From: Pseudomonadota bacterium
GTDB taxonomy: Bacteria; Pseudomonadota; Gammaproteobacteria; Burkholderiales; Gallionellaceae
DNA: 64,000 bases
Assembly (NCBI GenBank): GCA_040757065.1
Contig: JBFLXR010000014.1
Location: 1,432 to 65,431 of the forward strand
Direction of reading: 5' to 3'
Every line of letters begins with the position of its first letter. The first letter of the stretch is position 1. The notes under the pieces were generated by a model. It was not told the origin of the DNA, ran no database searches, and worked only from the letters and a program-made list of their open reading frames with translations. This document shows positions 37,417 through 45,758 of this stretch, piece by piece. Made by a program: the position numbers and the translations under genes.

Positions 37417-38086
37417 TGGATTGTGAGTTGCCAAGGTAGAATAAAAACCAGTTTGCAGCCGCTCGTGCCACTTGTTCCAGCGTGCCCGGCTCTTCAAACA
37501 GATGCGTGGCGCCGGGGACGATAACCAGCTTCTTTTCGCATTGCAGGACGGTATGCGCGGCATCGTTCAGTTCGATGACGATGCCGTCCTCGCCGCCGAC
37601 CAGCAGCAGAGTGGGGGCGCGTACGCTTAGCAGAGCGCGTTCTCCGGCCAGATCCGGCCGCCCGCCGCGCGAAACGACTGCCGAAACGCTATCCGGCAGT
37701 TCGGCTGCAGCCTGTAACGCGGCCGCAGCTCCTGTGCTGGCTCCGAAATAACCGAGTTTGCAGTGTTGCGTTGCCGGCTGTTGCCGAAGCCATTGCGTGG
37801 CGGCGAGCAGTCGTTGCGTCAGCAGGGGGATGTCGAAGCGTGTGGCATAAGTCTGATCTTCTTCGCGTGTTAATAGATCGAACAGCAAGGTGCCGATGCT
37901 GTTCTGGTGCAAGAACGATGCGACGTAGGTGTTGCGCGGGCTGAAACGGCTGCTGCCGCTGCCGTGTGCGAACAGTACGATGCCTTTCGGGTTTTCCGGC
38001 AAGACGAGCTCGCCGGCTAATTGAACCTGACCGGCCGGGATGGTGACCTCATAACGGGTGAGAGTATTGGTTGCAGTCATCATCAT
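37400..38086 (-). CDS. Dienelactone hydrolase-like alpha/beta hydrolase
   Basis: 228 aa. GIVLFAHGSGSSRFSPRN, nucleophile elbow GYFGASTGAAAAL, C-terminal GATHLFEEPG. The 3' end overlaps the HD-GYP gene 3' end by 17 nt (convergent). Confidence 0.82.
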   Translation of the reverse strand: MMMTATNTLTRYEVTIPAGQVQLAGELVLPENPKGIVLFAHGSGSSRFSPRNTYVASFLHQNSIGTLLFDLLTREEDQTYATRFDIPLLTQRLLAATQWLRQQPATQHCKLGYFGASTGAAAALQAAAELPDSVSAVVSRGGRPDLAGERALLSVRAPTLLLVGGEDGIVIELNDAAHTVLQCEKKLVIVPGATHLFEEPGTLEQVARAAANWFLFYLGNSQSTIPKT

Positions 38087-38164
38087 GCTGACTCCGGTTT
38101 TGTAATGTACAAGAATGCCTCCACCCGCATGGGCGGATATCCTTGCGACGTTGCCAGCAGCGGT

Positions 38165-38251
38165 CTAGTGCGCTGCGAAGAACACGACGCCGAGTACGAC
38201 TATAAAGGCGACGATGGCGAGAAAAACCAATACGCTGCGTAAGGTGTCCAT
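38165..38251 (-). CDS. Candidate 28-aa hydrophobic micro-protein
   Basis: Below the ORF-track size cut-off. My translation is MDTLRSVLVFLAIVAFIVVLGVVFFAAH. ATG is preceded by AAGGAG with a 6-nt spacer. Lies between amrS and the hydrolase gene on the same strand. Confidence 0.45.
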   Translation of the reverse strand: MDTLRSVLVFLAIVAFIVVLGVVFFAAH

Positions 38252-38413
38252 CTTTTTCTCCTTTCAGCTGTAAACGTCCCTTGGACGGTGCTACGTTTAC
38301 CGGACTGCGACTGGAATGCGTCGCCGTCCGAATGGGGCGTCGAATTTTCCGAAATGTCCGGCCAGTTTTGCGCCGCAGTATTCGCAGAATCCGCGCTCGG
38401 TTACGTGGTAAGC

Positions 38414-39418
38414 CTAAACGGCATACCAGTCGCGCACGATCAGTGCTGCGTTGCAGCTGCCGCAGAAGGTCGTGCCGCCTTCAGTGTCATGCACATTGCC
38501 GGTGTAAACGTGTTGCAGCCCGGCGGAACGAGCGATCCGACGCGCCCGGTTCAGGGTTTCCGGCGGCGTTGGCGGCAGATCCGTCATGCGGTAATCGGGA
38601 TGGAATGCGGTGAAATGCAGCGGCACGTCAGTACCGAGCTCGCGCGCGATCCATTCACTCATTTTGCCGATCTCATGATCGGAGTCGTTCTGTTCCGGGA
38701 TCAGCAGAGTCGTCAGCTCGACCCATACCTGTGTTTCTTGTTTTAAATAAACCAGCGTGTCCAGAACGGGTTGCAAATGCGCGCCGGTGAGCTTGTGGTA
38801 AAAAGCATCGGTAAAGGCCTTAAGATCGACATTTGCGGCATCCATTTTGGCGTAAAACTCGCGCCGGGGCAGATCGTGCATGTACCCCGCTGTAACGGCG
38901 ACCGTATTAATGTCAAAAGCGTGACAGGCGTCGGCGACATCTATGGCATATTCGGCAAAAATTACGGGGTCGTTGTAGGTGAACGCTACGCTTTTGCAGC
39001 CTAACTCTTGTGCGGTACGGGCAATGGCCTCCGGGCTGGCCAAGTCGGCTAGCCGGTCGAAATCGCGCGAGCGGGAAATGTCCCAGTTCTGGCAGAATTT
39101 ACAGGCCAGATTGCACCCCGCCGTGCCGAACGACAGAATGCTGGAGCCGGGATAGAAATGGTTAAGCGGTTTTTTCTCGATAGGATCGACGCAGAAACCC
39201 GAACTGCGACCATAAGTCGTGAGCACCATCCGGTCGCCCGCGCGGGCGCGTACAAAGCAAGCGCCGCGTTGTCCTTCATTCAATTTGCAATCGCGCGGAC
39301 ACAAATCGCACTGAATGCGACCATCTTCCAGCCAGTGCCAGTACTTGGCGGGGTGGCGCTCGCCGAGGCCGATTTCGCCGTTCACAGTGCGCTCCCGTCG
39401 AAATCGACTTCGCGCCAC
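38414..39418 (-). CDS. amrS: AmmeMemoRadiSam system radical SAM enzyme (as tracked, ends at TAG 38416-38414; see finding on the in-frame continuation to 38297)
   Basis: 334 aa. YWHWLEDGRIQCDLCPRDCKLNEGQRGACFVR N-terminal Cys motif, radical SAM box CNLACKFCQNWDIS, C-terminal FCGSCNAALIVRDWY. An alternative GTG start at 39385 forms a GTGA overlap with the amrA stop. Confidence 0.88.
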   Translation of the reverse strand: MARSRFRRERTVNGEIGLGERHPAKYWHWLEDGRIQCDLCPRDCKLNEGQRGACFVRARAGDRMVLTTYGRSSGFCVDPIEKKPLNHFYPGSSILSFGTAGCNLACKFCQNWDISRSRDFDRLADLASPEAIARTAQELGCKSVAFTYNDPVIFAEYAIDVADACHAFDINTVAVTAGYMHDLPRREFYAKMDAANVDLKAFTDAFYHKLTGAHLQPVLDTLVYLKQETQVWVELTTLLIPEQNDSDHEIGKMSEWIARELGTDVPLHFTAFHPDYRMTDLPPTPPETLNRARRIARSAGLQHVYTGNVHDTEGGTTFCGSCNAALIVRDWYAV

Positions 39419-39951
39419 TTTTGCACGGTATAGCGCGATAAGCGGACATCGTCAGACCAATAATTGACGGGTAAGCCGGCTTTGTATTTTAAGTGCTGCA
39501 TGAAAACTTCCGCTTGCGGCAATTGCTCCCAGACTTGCGGCAGGAAGGTGCTGCGATAGCGCCCGCATTCGAAAATTATGCCGTCGATGCCGGGGCGCAG
39601 TTGCTCCAGCGCCTGAAACTCGTCGGCAAACTGTATCGGCTCGGGTTGAGATAACAATGAAACTTCAATCTCGATTTCTTGATATTCCTGCGCATGCAGG
39701 GGGTGAAAACGCGGATCGTGAAAAGCGGCGGCACAAGCATTCTGGCGGACGTCTTCCAGTAAAGGCCGATAGGCTTCGAGCGAACCGATGCAGCCGCGCA
39801 GTTGTTTGTGCTTGGACAGTGTGACGAATGTTGCGCCGGGGTGATGCATCCAGTCGCGGTGGGCGATGCGTATATGCGGTTCGCCCAGTTTCTCGGCAAT
39901 CGCGTGGCGTGCCAGTTTCAGCAGCAAATGACCTTCATCCCGCGTGCGCAT
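39382..39951 (-). CDS. amrA: AMMECR1 domain protein (AmmeMemoRadiSam system protein A)
   Basis: ATG 39951 (M68 of ORF 39382..40152) gives 189 aa. LLLKLARHAIAEKLG..., GATFVTLSKHKQLRGCIGSLEA, family hallmark RGCIG. Confidence 0.88.
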   Translation of the reverse strand: MRTRDEGHLLLKLARHAIAEKLGEPHIRIAHRDWMHHPGATFVTLSKHKQLRGCIGSLEAYRPLLEDVRQNACAAAFHDPRFHPLHAQEYQEIEIEVSLLSQPEPIQFADEFQALEQLRPGIDGIIFECGRYRSTFLPQVWEQLPQAEVFMQHLKYKAGLPVNYWSDDVRLSRYTVQKWREVDFDGSAL

Positions 39952-40744
39952 GGGCGGCCTCTTCGGTGAATGCGATAGCGGCATACCCGACCACGCCGTC
40001 GTGCGGGCCGGCGGTGTCGCCTGAATTGCGCAAGTCGAGCAGATGTGCCTGCATGCGCCGTCTTCGTACGCTTTCCAGTAAGCCGTTAATGGGTACGGCA
40101 CCGCAGGCTTGCTCATGGTGCGGTAGCGGTTCGAGCGCCAGAATGGCGTCAACAGTCACGCGGTCGATTTGCCGGGCAGCCCGGTAAGACAGGTAATGCG
40201 AGAGATCGGAGCTGACCAGAATCAGCGTTTCCGATCCGCCCCACAGGCGGTCGATGACCTCCGCCACTTCTTCCGTGCTGGCATGCCCGACGACCAGCGG
40301 TACCAGGGTGAAGTCCCTCAGAACGGTTTGCAGAAACGGTAACTGTACTTCCAGTGCGTGTTCCTGAGTATGCGCGCGCGGGTTGAGGCTGATTTGCGGT
40401 AAACCGGCCAGCGTTTGTATGGCTGCCTGATCGAGAGGGATGTCGCCGAGGGGGGTAGCGAAGGACTCAGCGTCGGAGAGTGCGAGTCCGCGTAGCGGTA
40501 CGCGGTGCGCCGGGCCGAGCAATATGACACGCCGGATGCGCTCGGCAAGCGGTTGCAGGCAGGCATAGGCGCTGGCGGCGACCGGGCCGGAATAAATGTA
40601 TCCGGCATGCGGCACGATCATGGCTTTGGGGATTAAATCGGCATGCGGGGCATGCGCAAGCAAGTCGCGAACCGTCCGTTCAAGATCGGTCGGCGACTCG
40701 GGGTAGAACAATCCGGCTACGGCGGCGCTGCGAACAGTTCCCAT
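39935..40744 (-). CDS. amrB: MEMO1 family protein (AmmeMemoRadiSam system protein B)
   Basis: 269 aa. AVAGLFYPE, MIVPHAGYIYSGPVAASAY, ILLGPAH, EHALEVQLPFL, SSDLSHY. Confidence 0.9.
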   Translation of the reverse strand: MGTVRSAAVAGLFYPESPTDLERTVRDLLAHAPHADLIPKAMIVPHAGYIYSGPVAASAYACLQPLAERIRRVILLGPAHRVPLRGLALSDAESFATPLGDIPLDQAAIQTLAGLPQISLNPRAHTQEHALEVQLPFLQTVLRDFTLVPLVVGHASTEEVAEVIDRLWGGSETLILVSSDLSHYLSYRAARQIDRVTVDAILALEPLPHHEQACGAVPINGLLESVRRRRMQAHLLDLRNSGDTAGPHDGVVGYAAIAFTEEAAHAHAG

Positions 40745-40813
40745 TTTGTTCCCCTACGGCAGGTTGCCTGTAATGTTGGGGTGCTGGTTCGTATTTTCAA
40801 TGGGTTGCGTGGT

Positions 40814-41713
40814 TCAGGCAAGCGATTTTTCGAGTAGTGCGGCAATTTGGTCGTGGTGGTTTTTTCTGGCGAGCGAGAGTGGGGTGCTGCCGTCTTCGTG
40901 ACGGACATCCGGGGCAGCGTGTTTGGTGAGCAATAGCTTTACGATGGCGAAGTGACCGTTGGAGGCGGCTTTGTGTAAGGGTGTCCAGCCGTCGAAGCTG
41001 CCTAGATTGACATCCGCACCGCATGCGATCAGTTGACCGGCTGCCAGCAAGTGACCGCGTGCCGCAGCTTGCATCAACGGCGTCCACCCGGATTGGCTTT
41101 GGGTGTTGCAATCGGCGCGATGGTCGAGCAGTAGTTTGATTACATTGCTACAACCATTGTATGCCGCCCAGTGTATAGGGCAATAACCCATGTTATCTCT
41201 GGCCTGCACATCCGCACCGTACTGGAGCAACAGTTCTGCAATAGGTTCGCTGCCGTTAAAGGCGGAAACCATCAGCGGTGTCCAGCCGCGTTCATCGGTC
41301 AGGTTGCTCTCGAAACCGCGGATCAGCATAGATTGAACGGCTCCGCAGTTGCCGCCTTCGATAACTTTCATGAAAGTGCGTGCGCGGTGATGCGGATCTT
41401 CTTGTTCGATGGTGCGCTGATCCTTCCCCGCATTGTGGGGGTCGACCACTTCCCAAATGTCTGCCTGCTTTTCCTGAGGCTTGAGATGGTCGTGGATGAC
41501 GCTCAGCCGGAAAAGTTCTTTGGCGACCTCGGGCGGAAAACCTTGGCGTACCTCACCGCGCTGGTTAACCAGCAATTCTTCGAAATAGGCAGTGCAAGCC
41601 GGGGTGCCCCAGAGTTCGGCGATGCGATGGAGAATGCGCAGGAATTGTTTTTCCAATGCATGAGGATAATAGGCTTCTTCGCCTCCTATCATGCGCAATA
41701 TCTGTTCATTCAT
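40814..41713 (-). CDS. Ankyrin-repeat protein (about 5 repeats) with an uncharacterised ~130-aa N-terminal domain
   Basis: ATG 41713 (M19 of ORF 40814..41767). Repeats GWTPLMVSAFNGSEPIAELLLQYGADVQARD, GYCPIHWAAYNGCSNVIKLLLDHRAD, GWTPLMQAAARGHLLAAGQLIACGADVN, GWTPLHKAASNGHFAIVKLLL, GSTPLSLARKNHHDQIAALL. Confidence 0.88.
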   Translation of the reverse strand: MNEQILRMIGGEEAYYPHALEKQFLRILHRIAELWGTPACTAYFEELLVNQRGEVRQGFPPEVAKELFRLSVIHDHLKPQEKQADIWEVVDPHNAGKDQRTIEQEDPHHRARTFMKVIEGGNCGAVQSMLIRGFESNLTDERGWTPLMVSAFNGSEPIAELLLQYGADVQARDNMGYCPIHWAAYNGCSNVIKLLLDHRADCNTQSQSGWTPLMQAAARGHLLAAGQLIACGADVNLGSFDGWTPLHKAASNGHFAIVKLLLTKHAAPDVRHEDGSTPLSLARKNHHDQIAALLEKSLA

Positions 41714-41820
41714 CGCGGGTTGTACCTGCCTCTTAGCGAAATTCGGTTCGAAATGCCGATGCTGCAAAGTTTAGCGGTAAAGTTATGCCGCCGTCCAGCC
41801 GCCCGGTTAGTCGTGCATCG

Positions 41821-43767
41821 TCATGCTGGTCGGCGAGGCGGCGCAGCCAGAAAATCGACGGCCTCGCCTTCGTTGCGCGTCCGGCGGAAGGGAGGCAAAC
41901 TTTGCCAGATGCGTCGACCATAGGGCTTGTCGACCAGCCGCGGATCGCAAATCGTTAATACCCCGCGGTCGCTTTCGTCGCGGATCAGTCGTCCTGCACC
42001 CTGCTTGAGAGTAATGGCGGCACGCGGTAATTGGTATTCCATAAACGCGTTGCGTCCGGCGCGGTTGAGTTGTTCGATGCGGGCGGCGAGCACGGGGTCG
42101 TCCGGCGGCGCAAAGGGCAGTTTATCGATGACCACCAGCGACAGCGCTTCGCCGCGCACGTCCACGCCTTCCCAAAACGATTGGCTGCCGAGCAGCACGG
42201 CGTTGCCCAGTTGGCGGAAGCGGTCGAGCAAATCGCTTTTCGAGCCTTGTCCTTGCAGCAGCAGAGGGTAAGGCCAATGCCGCAGATCGAATTCCGCTTG
42301 CAGCAATTCGTGCGCCCGTTGCATGGCACGCAGGCTGGTGAATAACAGAAAGGCGCGTCCCTTGCTGGCTTCGATCAGCGGCAAGGCGGCACGCACGACG
42401 GCTTCGGTGTAGCCCGGACTATTCGGTTCCGGCATGCCGGTTGGTACATACAGCATGGCTTGCTCGGGATAGTTGAACGGGCTGTCCCAACAGGCGGTTT
42501 GCGCTTCGATTAGCCCCATTTCGTGCTGGTAGTGCGAAAAATCCTGCTTTACCGCTAGCGTAGCGGAAGTGAAAATCCAAGCGCGCGGGTGCCCCCCGAT
42601 CTGGCGGGCGAAAATTTCCGCGATCGAGAGCGGTGTGATGTTCAGTTGTACCGAATGGCGGAAGACCTCCAGCCAGCGCACGTTTTCAGTCTCTTCCTTA
42701 TTTTGCCAGGCCTTCAGCTTTTCCAGTAACGACAGACTGCGCTGCCAGCAATTCTCCAGCCCTTCGCTGCGCTCGGCTTGCTTTTCTAATAGCTCGCTTA
42801 AATCCATCAACTTCAGCAGCAGGGTGTCGAATGCTGTTTGCCAGCCACTGATTTTGGCCGTGCCACTGGCAGGCATCCGACCTTCGAATTTAAAAATCAG
42901 CCGGAAGTCTTTCGCCGCTTTTTCCAATGTGTCGGCTGCGACCGGGAGTGGCGCAAAATCTTTGGCGGATGCGGCAGCTTCCAGGCGTGTATCGCGCGCC
43001 AATTCTAATAGTTGCGTTGTAGATAAACTTTCGCCGAAAAACAGGCTGGCGGTTTCCGGGAGCTGATGTGCTTCGTCGAAGATCACGGTGTTGCAGGCGG
43101 GCAATAGCTCGGCCACGCCTTCGTCGCGCAGCATTACGTCGGCAAAGAACAGGTGATGATTAACTACCACCACATCGGCTTCCATGGCTTCCTTACGCGC
43201 TTTGAGGACGAAGCAGTCCTTATACTGCGGGCATTCCTGCCCCAGGCAGTTGTCGCGCGTCGAAGTGACGTGCGCCCAGACGGTCGCATCTTCCGGTACG
43301 TCGGACAGGCCGCCTTTGTCGCCGGACTGGGTGACTTTGGCGTATTGCGCGATTTTGCTCAGATGGCGCACATCCTCGCGCGAAGCGAATCGACCGTCGC
43401 TGAGGGCGCGCTCCAGATGGTAGTGGCACAGATAATTGGCGCGCCCTTTCAGCAAGGCAATCGAAACCGGTGCTTTCAAGGCGTTGCGCACAGTCGGTAA
43501 ATCGCGCTGAAACAGCTGATCCTGCAAGGTTTTGGTGCCGGTGGAAACGATGACCTTGCCGCCCGCCATGAGGGCAGGAGCCAGATAGGCATAGGTTTTT
43601 CCGGTGCCGGTACCCGCTTCGGCGATTAACTGACCGTTGTTGCGGATCGCTTCGGCGATGGCTTGTGCCAGTTCGATTTGCTGTGGGCGGGGACGAAAAC
43701 CGGGAATGGCGTGCGCCAGAATGCCGTCCTCGGCAAAAAGCGTCTGAATATGTTCGATGCTGGTCAC
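41821..43767 (-). CDS. ATP-dependent DNA helicase, DinG/YoaA (Rad3/XPD-like, Fe-S) family
   Basis: ORF 41821..43956; the likely start is GTG 43767 (648 aa, typical YoaA size). AIPGFRPRPQQIELAQAI, AEAGTGTGKTYAYL, Fe-S Cys cluster CLGQECPQYKDCF, DEAH box FDEAHQL. Confidence 0.88.
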   Translation of the reverse strand: MTSIEHIQTLFAEDGILAHAIPGFRPRPQQIELAQAIAEAIRNNGQLIAEAGTGTGKTYAYLAPALMAGGKVIVSTGTKTLQDQLFQRDLPTVRNALKAPVSIALLKGRANYLCHYHLERALSDGRFASREDVRHLSKIAQYAKVTQSGDKGGLSDVPEDATVWAHVTSTRDNCLGQECPQYKDCFVLKARKEAMEADVVVVNHHLFFADVMLRDEGVAELLPACNTVIFDEAHQLPETASLFFGESLSTTQLLELARDTRLEAAASAKDFAPLPVAADTLEKAAKDFRLIFKFEGRMPASGTAKISGWQTAFDTLLLKLMDLSELLEKQAERSEGLENCWQRSLSLLEKLKAWQNKEETENVRWLEVFRHSVQLNITPLSIAEIFARQIGGHPRAWIFTSATLAVKQDFSHYQHEMGLIEAQTACWDSPFNYPEQAMLYVPTGMPEPNSPGYTEAVVRAALPLIEASKGRAFLLFTSLRAMQRAHELLQAEFDLRHWPYPLLLQGQGSKSDLLDRFRQLGNAVLLGSQSFWEGVDVRGEALSLVVIDKLPFAPPDDPVLAARIEQLNRAGRNAFMEYQLPRAAITLKQGAGRLIRDESDRGVLTICDPRLVDKPYGRRIWQSLPPFRRTRNEGEAVDFLAAPPRRPA

Positions 43768-43967
43768 GACTGCAAACGATCCCCGGAGAGCGGGCAGGGT
43801 AAAACGGAAGGCGGCATTATGCCTGAACTGGGGCGTGTTCACACGCCTCTGTCCGGTATGGCTGAACCGATTGCGGCAAACGCTTGTCCGGTTTCGGAGA
43901 ATGCGAAATAATGGCTTACCATTCAACCGGATGGCGTGCTGCATGCGACACCACAACAGGAGGTGCA

Positions 43968-44825
43968 GTGAGAACGATTCCGTATTATGTGACCCGCGAG
44001 GCTTTGCTCCATCCCGAAATCGGCAAGACTTTATTGGAATCGGGGTCGGTACCCGATCCAGCTTTTTTGTACGCGGAGCTTGCCCGTCTGGTCTATAAAA
44101 AATTCGAGCGCGGCCCCGATGCGCGCGCGGAAATTATCGAAGCGCTGCAACGGGTCGGCTATGAGGCGGTGTTGTTTTCCAACCACGGTGCGAGCTTCGT
44201 CGATTCTCAAGCGATGGTGGTGCATCATGCCGGAAACCGGGAAGCCATCGTGGTTTTTCGCGGAACGGAGATGAAACTGGATGACTTGAGCACCGATTTG
44301 GCGGCCTGGCTGGAGCCTTGGGTGGGCGGCGGCAGGGTGCATGCCGGATTCGCCAAGGCTTTCAATGTGATTTGGCCGGAGATTCGGATGCACCTCGACC
44401 AGTTAAGCGCTAGCCGGGTCACGTTTACCGGACATAGCTTGGGTGCGGCGCTGGCGACATTGGCTGCCAATCTGTGGAAAGATGGTCAACTGGTGACGTT
44501 CGGTTCGCCGCGGGTCGGCGATGGGGCGTTCGTGGCTTCATTCGGGCCGTTTGAGCAAACGCGCTATGTGGACTGTTGCGATCTGGTGTGCAGTATTCCA
44601 TACGAATGGCTGGAATACCGGCATTTGTCGCTGCCGCGCTATATCGACCGGGAGGGGGTGGTTCATACGCGGGCCGATGAGGCATACATGGAACTGGATC
44701 GGAATGCGGCTCGCAGCGAGTATGTCCTGCATTATCCGTTCAATGCAGAGAATGTGCCGTTTCGCGAACTTGCCGATCATGCGCCGCTGAATTACGTCGC
44801 GGCGTTGAGGGCAGCAGCCGAATAG
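43968..44825 (+). CDS. Class 3 lipase-like alpha/beta hydrolase
   Basis: ORF 43884..44825; GTG 43968 follows AGGAGG with a 4-nt spacer (alternative ATG 43911). VVFRGTE..., VHAGF, nucleophile elbow FTGHSLGAALATLAA, FGSPRVGD. Confidence 0.8.
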   Translation: MRTIPYYVTREALLHPEIGKTLLESGSVPDPAFLYAELARLVYKKFERGPDARAEIIEALQRVGYEAVLFSNHGASFVDSQAMVVHHAGNREAIVVFRGTEMKLDDLSTDLAAWLEPWVGGGRVHAGFAKAFNVIWPEIRMHLDQLSASRVTFTGHSLGAALATLAANLWKDGQLVTFGSPRVGDGAFVASFGPFEQTRYVDCCDLVCSIPYEWLEYRHLSLPRYIDREGVVHTRADEAYMELDRNAARSEYVLHYPFNAENVPFRELADHAPLNYVAALRAAAE

Positions 44826-44858
44826 CAATAAGTGCGCTGCGTGGTATGATCGCGCCCC

Positions 44859-45737
44859 ATGAATACGCTGACTGACTCTTTACACCGTTTTTTGTTCGAA
44901 CATTCGCCGGTACGCGGTGAATGGGTGCATTTGAATACTGCCTGGCATACCGTGCAGAAACAGCACGATTATCCTCCGGCTTTACGCTCGGCGATGGGCG
45001 AACTGATGGCGGCGGCGGCGCTGCTGGCGGCGATGCTTAAGCTGGAAGGCGCACTGATTTTGCAAATTCAGGGTTCGGGCCCGGTCTCCTTATTGGTGGT
45101 GGAGTGCGACGGTAGCTTGAATATGCGCGCAACTGCCAAGTGGAGCGGCGAGCTGGCCGGACAGACTTTGGCCGAGTTGGTCGGCGATGGCCGTTTCGTG
45201 ATTACGCTCGATCCCAAGGACGGCGGACAGACTTATCAGGGCGTAGTGGCGCTGGAAGGCGAAACCGTCGCCGAAATCCTGCAAAATTATATGCAGCGCT
45301 CCGAACAGATCGAGACGCGCCTGTGGTTGGCTGCGGACGCGGATTGCGCAGCCGGATTTTTGCTGCAAAGGCTGCCCGGACAGGAAGAACCCGATACCGA
45401 TGTCTGGCCGCGCGCCTGCCAGTTGGCGGCGACGATCAAAACAGACGAGTTGCTGACGCTGCCTGCACAGGAGCTGTTGCACCGCTTGTTTCACGAAGAG
45501 GATATTCGTCTGTTCGATGCGCAGCCAGTGAGTTTTCGCTGTAGTTGCTCACGACAAAACGTAGCGACGATGCTGCGCATGCTGGGGCGCGACGAAGTGC
45601 AAGCGATTCTGGACGAGCAGGATGAAATCGAGGTGCATTGCGAATTCTGTAATGCGCGTTATGCTTTCGATAAGGTGGATGCTGCTGCAATTTTTTCGTT
45701 GACTGCGTCTGCAGAACCGAACGACACACGACACTAG
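44859..45737 (+). CDS. hslO: Redox-regulated chaperone Hsp33
   Basis: 292 aa. VRGEWVHL, C-terminal zinc centre CSCS...CEFCNARY. Confidence 0.93.
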   Translation: MNTLTDSLHRFLFEHSPVRGEWVHLNTAWHTVQKQHDYPPALRSAMGELMAAAALLAAMLKLEGALILQIQGSGPVSLLVVECDGSLNMRATAKWSGELAGQTLAELVGDGRFVITLDPKDGGQTYQGVVALEGETVAEILQNYMQRSEQIETRLWLAADADCAAGFLLQRLPGQEEPDTDVWPRACQLAATIKTDELLTLPAQELLHRLFHEEDIRLFDAQPVSFRCSCSRQNVATMLRMLGRDEVQAILDEQDEIEVHCEFCNARYAFDKVDAAAIFSLTASAEPNDTRH

Positions 45738-45758
45738 GCGTTTTAGTTTGGGCTTGTG

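Noticed and set aside
38414-38416. TAG in amrS decoded as pyrrolysine or another programmed recoding event.
   Set aside because: No pyl genes or recoding signals are visible in the window, and pyrrolysine is not expected in this lineage. A nonsense mutation, low-level readthrough or a base-call error are simpler explanations.
39952-40152. Upstream 67 codons of the tracked AMMECR1 ORF (start at TTG 40152).
   Set aside because: This region lies entirely inside the MEMO gene in another frame and has no AMMECR1 similarity. The ATG at 39951 gives a family-typical 189-aa protein with a 17-nt overlap.
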